Source of the DNA: a virus
Taxonomy: Duplodnaviria > Caudoviricetes
Length of the DNA stretch: 59,324 nucleotides
Reading direction: 5' to 3' (one strand)
Virus record (IMG/VR): IMGVR_UViG_3300020442_000455
Span: 1-59,324 of that record
The notes under the pieces were generated by a model. It ran no database searches. It had not been told where the DNA came from and was given only the letters and a program-made list of their open reading frames with translations. The position numbers and the translations under genes were made by a program. This document shows, one piece after another, positions 36,012 through 45,000 of the stretch. Position 1 is the stretch's first letter, and each line of letters starts with the position of its first letter.

Positions 36012-37247
36012 TTATTTGATTAGTAGCGTCCCAGCCATGTTTGTGTGAATAGTACACTGATAATATAGAGTGTTAGGTGCGCTATGAGGCACCGTAAAGA
36101 TCTGAGTAGCAGTCTGACTACCAGATACACCTAGTGTCCACTGCGCTCCAGAGAGACCCTGTGTGGACTGGAATCTGAATGGGTGGTTAGAACCAGCATT
36201 ATTCACAAAGATATATGTGAATCCACGATACAGATGCAATGTTGGGTCATCTGCTTGTGCTTGCCCAGGTCCTTCAATCAGATAAGAGTTATTATTCAAA
36301 CCAACAGAGATGATATACCAAATAGTTGGAGATGGTTGATTGACCCATGCAGCAGTTGCACCATTACCTTGAGGATCATACGTTAGAGCATCACCTCTAG
36401 AAACACTGGTGAAGTTTACATCAGTCAGCTCAGACAACTCGAAATTGCCGTCTACGTTGACAGTAAGAGTATCACCAGAAATTGCAGTAGTAACATTGGT
36501 GCCACCAGCGACAGTCAAAGTATCTGTAGGACTATCAGTAGTAGTGGATCCAGTGTCAGCAGCAATTGTTGACCATAGGTTTTGTGTTGCAGCACCTGCA
36601 GCATCATCACCAGGAATGAATTTAGTTCCATCCCATTTCAATACTTGGTTTAGTGTAGGGGCATTAGTAGTAATATCAACATCAGTTAGTTCGTCAATAC
36701 TACTATAGTTTGTAACTAGATCTGCTGTGATATCACCAGTTCCACCACCTGCACTAAGATGCACTTTAGGTTTTCTGTCACCATTCACCGTGAAGAAATA
36801 ACCTTTATTACTTGCTAGAGTTGGCGCGGCACCAACCGTAGCATATTCATTCTTATATGCAATGCTACCAGAGAACTGTGCTTGTCCAGTGGATCCATCA
36901 AAAACAGCAGTTTGACCACCATATGATAGAGATACGTCTCCAACACCATCAGGAACCAAATTGATTGAGTTGCCACCTGTACTAATAATATTGAAGTTAT
37001 TAGTATTGAGTGTTGAGGTTAGGTTTGAGAAGTGTTGTGGTACAAAATCACTTCCATTCCAACGCAACACATGACCAGTAGCAGCACCTGATGTGTTTAC
37101 TACAAGTTGAGATCCATTACCGAGTGCGCTATACACCTCAGTAAAGTTGTCGTTTAGTTTATCAGCACCTGCCCGCAGAGAGTCACCAGTACCATCGTTG
37201 GCCTGTGTGCCAATACTGACAAGTTGTTTTCCAGTTCCGTAGGGCAT
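36012..37247 (-). CDS. gp9/gp10-like baseplate tail-fibre connector with a C-terminal cupredoxin-like domain
   Basis: KQLVSIGTQANDGTGDSLRAGADKLNDNFTEVYSALG is the T4 gp9/gp10 N-terminal motif. Also LxELTDV...NQVLKWDGTKF repeats and C-terminal HPF...YYQCTIHTNMAG. Confidence 0.82.
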   Translation of the reverse strand: MPYGTGKQLVSIGTQANDGTGDSLRAGADKLNDNFTEVYSALGNGSQLVVNTSGAATGHVLRWNGSDFVPQHFSNLTSTLNTNNFNIISTGGNSINLVPDGVGDVSLSYGGQTAVFDGSTGQAQFSGSIAYKNEYATVGAAPTLASNKGYFFTVNGDRKPKVHLSAGGGTGDITADLVTNYSSIDELTDVDITTNAPTLNQVLKWDGTKFIPGDDAAGAATQNLWSTIAADTGSTTTDSPTDTLTVAGGTNVTTAISGDTLTVNVDGNFELSELTDVNFTSVSRGDALTYDPQGNGATAAWVNQPSPTIWYIISVGLNNNSYLIEGPGQAQADDPTLHLYRGFTYIFVNNAGSNHPFRFQSTQGLSGAQWTLGVSGSQTATQIFTVPHSAPNTLYYQCTIHTNMAGTLLIK

Positions 37248-37265
37248 CGGTCTCTATTTTTTAGT

Positions 37266-37273
37266 TATTTATT
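37266..37273 (-). promoter_or_regulatory. Late promoter variant AATAAATA upstream of the gp9-like gene
   Basis: NATAAATA overlapping the stop codon of the 575-aa ORF. Confidence 0.7.
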
Positions 37274-38999
37274 AGGAAAGTGTTGTACCGTTTGTATTGA
37301 ACCACTCTGTAATTGCAGCAGTAAGTCCAACATTCAAACTATGACCAGCATTACTGGACAAATGTACAACTTGATTATTCAAGTATGACCACTTAGTCAC
37401 ACCAGAGTAATTGAAATATTGGGATCCATCTTCAGTTTGAAGAACTGCCCCAGTCCACCCCTGACTAACAGCAAACAAGAATGCACTGTCTCTAGCAGGA
37501 AGGAATACAGCACCTCCTGGTCCTGGTCCAGAAGAACCAGAGTAAGGTACGGTAGTATCATTGGCATTGTTTGCCTGCAGTAGTCTACGACCTGTTGGAG
37601 GAACTACTGTTGTATCATAACCATAATTTAGAACATCAGTAGATGTATTCTCATGATTAGATGGTCGATAGAACTGACCACCTCTATGTTGCTGGTTGTG
37701 AATCTGAGAAACTATAATACCAAATAGATCCAGACTCTCATCTGGAATCTCTGCAAATGCTCTAGCAACTAGAGCACCACCATTTGATGTTCCTAACAAT
37801 CTAATCTTATCTAGGGCTACATTTGCATATCCCTTCAGACTTGTAATTAGATCTGTCAACATTTCAATATCTGGAGCATCACTCTCATTGATAATGTTCC
37901 AGGAATTTTGATATCCTGTCGGTGCTACTAGAATGTGACCTGTCAGATGTTGCTGCCAGAACGTAATTTCATTAGCGCCATTACCACCATTACCATGCAA
38001 TAGAATTGCAACTGGTTTCACTCCTGGTCCTGCAGGAACATGAATATTTACTGGATAAGTAAATGATCCCTGACTCCAAGTTTTTGTGATTGTAAGGTCG
38101 GTTTCGTTAGTTAGAGGTGCTGGTGGTGTTGGTGGAGGACCTCCAACTGGTCTCTGTTCTTTAGTTGTATTGCCGAAGATATATGGATATACTGGACGGT
38201 TTTGTTTATCTAGTGTAAGAAAATACGCATATGTACCGTCTGGATATTCTGGTGTGAAACAAAATCTACCATTATGAATATCTAAAGAACCAAGATTCTC
38301 TACAAATTCATAGTCTTGAATGTATGTACCAGCAGGAATATCAGCATAAACTGAACCTCTGTTTGCAACAGGTGAAGGGAATGCTCTATAAGAACTCTTC
38401 ATTCTTACTACTGGAGACAATCTATCTCCAGGGTTTTTGTAAGAGAATGGTCCATACACAGGATACCCATCATAACAAAACCCAACAATCTTGGAGTGAC
38501 CATCTGGGTGTCTAAAATAGTCACCTTTATAGTTACTCTCGTTATAGTATGTGTTGGATGCGATAAGTTTAGATCCCCAGCAGTTTACTAGGAAAGATCC
38601 AGAATGATAATGATATGATCCATCCTGTTCAGGATGACCGCCACACGCATCTACACCGTAAGTATTTTCATTATATACGGCATTGTATGTAAATCCTGCA
38701 GGGGGTTGTACCTCAGAACCTGGTAAAGGACCAGGTGCTGCAGAGGGGTTGAAAAATGGAACACCATTTAGGGCAATACCTTGGGGACCAAGAGTAGTTG
38801 CTTGAGGATTTGATGTGTTTGTACCCGCTCTCAGTGCAAAAACTACATCCGTAGATTGTGGTTGGATAGTGTTTGGATTGCCAGGGAATAAACCAGAACC
38901 CAATGGGGTTCCATACAAAGCAGGATCAGGTCGCCCATCAGTGACGACCCGCAACTGGTTTGATCCTTGTATTGTTGCGGTAGTTGTTGATACTGCCAT
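37272..38999 (-). CDS. YHYH-domain / alpha-beta hydrolase (esterase-like) fusion protein
   Basis: N-terminal half GIALNGVPFF...VDACGGHP..GSYHYH...HSKIVG..DGYPVYGP; Pro-rich linker; C-terminal half ILLHGNGG, GTSNGG nucleophile elbow, DTTVPY and AGHS. Confidence 0.85.
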   Translation of the reverse strand: MAVSTTTATIQGSNQLRVVTDGRPDPALYGTPLGSGLFPGNPNTIQPQSTDVVFALRAGTNTSNPQATTLGPQGIALNGVPFFNPSAAPGPLPGSEVQPPAGFTYNAVYNENTYGVDACGGHPEQDGSYHYHSGSFLVNCWGSKLIASNTYYNESNYKGDYFRHPDGHSKIVGFCYDGYPVYGPFSYKNPGDRLSPVVRMKSSYRAFPSPVANRGSVYADIPAGTYIQDYEFVENLGSLDIHNGRFCFTPEYPDGTYAYFLTLDKQNRPVYPYIFGNTTKEQRPVGGPPPTPPAPLTNETDLTITKTWSQGSFTYPVNIHVPAGPGVKPVAILLHGNGGNGANEITFWQQHLTGHILVAPTGYQNSWNIINESDAPDIEMLTDLITSLKGYANVALDKIRLLGTSNGGALVARAFAEIPDESLDLFGIIVSQIHNQQHRGGQFYRPSNHENTSTDVLNYGYDTTVVPPTGRRLLQANNANDTTVPYSGSSGPGPGGAVFLPARDSAFLFAVSQGWTGAVLQTEDGSQYFNYSGVTKWSYLNNQVVHLSSNAGHSLNVGLTAAITEWFNTNGTTLS

Positions 39000-39024
39000 T
39001 TCTGAAAACTATCCTCAGGTATAT

Positions 39025-42000
39025 TTAGGTGCTACTAGAGGACCATATATTTGTTGCCACATAACCAGACAGGTTGTAAACAGTTGATGGAGGAACTGTT
39101 TCGAGTTCTTCGATCGCCGTACCACCCGATGTTGCACCAGAGATGCCACTACCAGCGGTTGTACCGCCACTTGTAGTGTTCGTGTTATCATTGACACCTA
39201 ATTGCTCTTCCGTCTCTGTTACAATCCCGCTACCTACGCCTCCAGCACCCAGAGCATCAATCACTGGTGTTGGTGTAGCATCTGCAGGATAGATTGAAAG
39301 GTTAGGAGCAACGTAATTGTCATCCACAACACTCTGAACCTCAACTTCAGGATATTTGTAACCACTTCCTCTATTAGTAAGTTCGATACGCTCAACACCA
39401 ACCAGAGCCTTGATATTTGCATTATCACCTGTGGTGGAATCAATACGAACTAGTGGGCGACTAGTGTATCCAGAACCACCTGCGGTTACTCTTGCTTCAC
39501 GAATAGAACCGATTGTCAAACCTTGTGTTGGGTCAACAGATGCTGCAGCATCCTTACCAAAGACAGATCCTAGATAATCGAATGTGATGAGCGAGTTGGA
39601 AGATTCGATAACAGCAACCTCTCTATCCTCGGTCTCACCTTGGATGTCAATGAAGTCACCAGGTTCGATTGGTGGAATAACAATCTCAGCGTCAACGTCT
39701 GCCTCAGAACCAACATAGGAGAACGCTACAAATGTAGATCCTACGCGAGGAACTTCAGCAAAGATGATTCTAGAACCAACCAAGTTGAATGCGACTCCAG
39801 GTTCCTGAATAACACCATTGAGCGAGACGATAATGTTGTTCTCTGGACGTACAACACTGGACTGTACACCATCCGTCAACGTCAGTGAGTAGAATGTGCC
39901 ACTACGACGTAGGTTGAAGGACTGACGTAAGGAGTCAAACTCGAACGAGATATCATCGAGTTGTCTGAGTTTACCAAGATAGACGCCCACGAAAGATGCG
40001 CCAACCTCAGGTGCCTCTTGGAATTGAATGTTATCGGAGAATGCTGTGTATGCATTATCAGAACCAGGAGGTTGCAGAATACCATTGATGAAGATCAGCA
40101 TGTGACCTTCTGGGTCTGGGAAGTATGGAGTACCGTTTGCAGTGGTTAGTTTGAAGGTAGTTTGTACACTATCAAATCCACGGAAGGAACGCTTGACACG
40201 AGCCTTGAGTTCAACGACAGTTTGTACCTGTGCTCTATATCCACCGCGTGCTTTGAGTGTTTCGCGAGAAGACCAGGTGCCACGAATGTCTTCGAGGAAG
40301 ACTCTCTTGGAAAGACCGATGGTCTTGATGTCTACAACGCGAGCAGCTGCATTGCCTGTTACTGGTAGTGAAGTTGTAATGATAGCATAACCAACTGGGA
40401 ACTCACCTTCGACTGGACCGTAGTAAGCAAAACCATCACCATTATTGAAAGTACCCAAATAAGGTTGAGCGTAAATATAACCATTATCTAGATCAACTTC
40501 AGTGATAACTGCACGTCTGTTAGTATCTTTGACACCACCAGAAACACCATACAGAATGCCACCTTGAGCAAATTGATTGAGATTACCTTGTACTGTAACG
40601 CCATAGCGTACATAACCATCAGAAACAATTCTCTCACCAACGTTGAGTTCTAGACCAGCAAACTGGTTGATATCAACATACAAACGAGAAGACTCTGGAT
40701 AGACAACCGAAGTTGTTTCAAATGGTCCTACAAGAGAATCTGTGTCAACAGTTAGTTTACCACCAGTGTTAGAAAGAACTGCTGCTTCAGACTTGATAAA
40801 TGCAGTAGTATCTGCTCTATTACCACTAGTATATCCTTTGAAGTTTACACCGTCCACGAAAGATCCCTGTAGACCAATCAAGTGTAGACGAGGTGTGATA
40901 GCATCTACAGTTGCGTAAGCACCATCATTGGAAACTACGATATCTGCAGCTGCCCATGTACCACCAGTTACAACTACATCCAAGTAACTGAAGTTTTCAT
41001 CAGACCAGAAGGAGTAAATTGTACCCGTTACAGCAGTGTCGCCTTGCTTCTGTACAGTATCATTGAGGATAAATGGTCCATCATTGATATTGCTAATTCT
41101 CATTCTGAGATAAGTAGTGGCAATTTCTGCTTCGTTGACATTATATTGTTTGACCTCAACAGTATTGTCAGAAAGAAGACCATAGATGAAACTAGACTGC
41201 CTAATTTCACCACCCAAAGGTACAGGAACATTTCTAGTACCGAAGGTCTTAGTCTGTAGTGTGATATTGTTCTGTCTACTGACGGTAGTGTAGTAGAGAT
41301 TATTAGTAAGTTGATTTTCGTATAGATCGACTAGAGCAGTAACAACAGTTTGTGCATTTGCTGCAGTATAACGAGCTGCGAGAGTTGCATCGGTGAAGGA
41401 GAGGAATGTAGTGATTGGAGAAGGTGTGACCAACCCTTGTGCCAGAGCAAGTCTCATATACTCATCCAATTCCTCCAGAATATAACTTCTGATATTCAGA
41501 CTGTTATCTGGGAAGAACGATGTGCCACCTTGTGCTTCATAAACATCTAGATCACCTCTGTTTAGTTTGGCACCCCACATGTAAACACCATCAGTGCCAT
41601 TACCTGCAGTGTTAGTAGAACCATTAGATGTACCGTATGCTTTCAAGTTGAGGCTAGAAACACCGAATGGAATGTCAGCAGTGATAAATGCTCTATACCA
41701 ACCACCACCTTGTGGGAATACCCCTGTCGCGACAGGAACAATACCTGCAGAGTTGACAGAGAATGGATTACCATTCGTTAGGTCGATAGTAAAGAACACA
41801 TAGTTATTTCCGTCCCAATCCAAACGAATTCTTGCTCTGTCGTTTCCACCTGCTTTGAAGAAGATGGAGAATGTATAACGCTGAGCTGAGATGTCAACAC
41901 CCTCGTCAAAAGAGTTAGCATCAGAGTCAAACGTGACGTTATCGCGATCGAACGTAGTGTAAGCAGTAAGAACATAAGATCTGCTGAGAGCCTTATCGTT

Positions 42001-45000
42001 AGCATTATTTGCTGGGATGATAAGATCAGCAGTTGTCGTTCCGTCAGGAGCAGTTGCAGAGTTAGCAGTTACTGTAATGTCGGTAGAAGTAGCAGCGTTC
42101 CAAGTACCACTAGTGAACTCTTCAGTTTGGTTTGCAGGGATCAAGTTCAGACCAGCAGACAGATCAGAAGATACATTCAATGATCTGATGCTATTCAGAG
42201 TCTGAGTGTTGTTGATTGCAGTGCTAGCAGGGTTGGTAGAGATATCAGTCAGTACCATATCATGGATGACATCATCAACTACCTGTTCGATAAAGGAATC
42301 GAATGTAGTATTCCAAGCTGTGCTACCCCACTGGTTGATAACATCTTGTTCAATTTCAGTATTATAGTAGTTCTTATTGAACAGAATCATCTGTGCTGCA
42401 GCACGACCAGGGTCACCACCAGGTGCTAGAGTCGCGAGCATTACAGTGAACAGGTTGTCAATGCTACTTTGTACATCAGCACAATCAGAAGCGGAATAGT
42501 TACCACCAGCACCACTTTGATCGTGTGTGATAGTTGTATCTACAAAAGCTTCGCGAGTTGTATATTGAGCAACATAGTGATCATTGGACAACTGAATGTT
42601 GTTAGAGGTTTGTAGTAGGTTCGCGACTGCTTTCTTAGCAAGGAATTGAACTTGTTCAAATGCGTATAAAGTAGCAGTCAGTTGATCCTCAACATGCAAA
42701 ATCTCTAGTTGAGAATTCAGATATTCCTCAACAGCTCTCAGAGAACTATTGTTACCACCTGTTAGGAGGTCAGCAATGACAGCTTCCAGGATAATACCTG
42801 CGTCACGGATACACTTATTTCTACCGTCAACACTACCACCAGGATAAGTAAACGCTTGATATTGAACACCGTTAGAGAGTTGATAGAAGAATTCTTCTTC
42901 CATCAAACCAATTGCCTCTTCAGTGATGTACTGTTTGTTGAACTTGAGTAGATCAGCAGCATCAACATATCTGTCACCAACAGGAGAGATGATGGTGTTC
43001 ATGTTTGTAATCAAGTTGTCAATTGTTGTCTTGACGTTTGCACAATTACCAGCATCTTGAGTAATACCAATATCAGAGATGACAATAGCATCGGTATATT
43101 GAGTTACTGCTTCCAGATCTCCAGTAATAGCAAGTTTTGCCATCTCACCCAGAGTCTCATGTGCGAACAATGACGCATAGAGTTGTAGACGAACATGTTG
43201 AATTTCATCATTCTGTCCGAGATAGAACTTAGCACCCTCAGTGGTGTACTTATTACCACCAAACTTCAAGTCTTTGATGATTGCATTGAGTAGTAGAGTC
43301 AGGTCAGTCTTACAACGATCTGTACCTGCACCAGTGCCATCACCGTTTCTTGGCATCTCAGTTGCCAGAGATGGATAGCGAGCAAGCATTCTACCTGCAG
43401 TTTCATCAACAATCGCCTCAGTATTGATCTCAATCAGATCAGCAGCATCGATGTATCTGTAACGGCTGTCAGGATAAATTTCATTGACATAGAAGTAATC
43501 ATTGACAGTATCTACAGCGCGAACTGTAAGATCATCAGAACGATATGCGTAAACCTTACCACCTGCCCATGCGTATGTTGGTACAGTTCTAGTAATAGTT
43601 CCAAGGTAATCAACTGCAACTGCGTTAGGATCTGCAACTAGTTCAGCAGCAGAAACATATGCCTGATCAAGAGTATTAGTAATAATCAGGATAAGGTTGT
43701 CCATTGCAGTAGCAACGTCAGCACAATAAGGAGAAGAACTATCAGTGGTGATTGTATTATCAACCACTTGAGTCAATCCATGATCACCCTGAATAGTTAC
43801 GGTATCACGTCTCATGACTTCCTTGGCAATTGTATTTGCCATATCGATTGCCCAGATCGTCTCTGCCTCTTCACCAACGATGTGGTTCAAAGTAATTGGA
43901 GTCACGCTACGGTTTACATACTGTGCAGCAGCGTCCCAAATATAAGCGTTACCACCATTTCTAACGTCACTCAGTAGAGCAGTTACAATTAGTTTAGTAT
44001 CAAGAGTGCATTGTGCATGGTTAGGATGTGTTCTAGTAACCTGCGAGATAGAAGAAGGATAGTTAGCAGCATCGTTACCATCAGGATCCATAACGGTATC
44101 TGTGACAATCTTCATCAGAGTGTCGATGGATGCCATTTGATCCACACAACCACCAAACAGATAAGTGATTGTAGCATCAGTAGTTTGAGTCAAACCATGA
44201 CTACCACTGATAGTTACTGTGGTGTTATTGATAACTTGCTTAGCGATGTCTCTTGCTTGGTTGAAGACATTGACGGAATCAGTCTCATTACCAGACAAGT
44301 GTTGAATTGTAGTACCGTTGGTATACAGTTCTGCAGCATCCCAAGTCTTAGAGTTGAAACCATACTTCAGGTTGTACGCGATGTTACGAACAACATCTTT
44401 TACGTCGTCAATACAATCTGCAGCGGTAGTTCCTCCAGGAGGAGTTGGGTTGACTCTCTCATATGCCTCATTAGCAATGAAGTTCAGGTTAGAAAGAATT
44501 AGGTCATGTGCATCAGCACCTTTGTTATTAGCAACAGGGGCAGGAATGTGAAGACGTGGGAAGTTACGATCCATACGATATACTGCCTCAGCAGCAATCA
44601 GATCGATATTAGATTCTACCTGATTAGCAGCATCATAGAATCTGAACTTGATTCCAGAGTTGACAAACTCATTACCCTGTGTCCAGGTAGCGGCACCAGA
44701 CCAGTCAAGAGTAGTGGTAGCGTCAAACTCTCTTTCAAAATGTAGAAGTAGTTTGATACCAGCAACACCCTGGTAAATACCCGTGCTAGGAGTAAAGTTA
44801 GAACTATATGTCGTATCCGTGCGGATCATGACCTCATCGATCTTGCCAATGAAACCAGATGTTCCATCATATGCAGTACCGACTGTAACTGCTTTAGCAG
44901 GGTATGACGTATTGTCTGTACCATTACCACGGTTTACACCATCAATAAACAGTGCTCCATTGTTAGATGCTCGACTATATGCAATGTGATACCAAGAACC

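Noticed and set aside
39000-39197. Possible frameshift or readthrough fusing the giant protein to the YHYH-esterase
   Set aside because: The genes are out of frame (25-nt gap), and the alternate-frame ORF 39015..39197 meets TGA and then TAG before the ATG at 38999.
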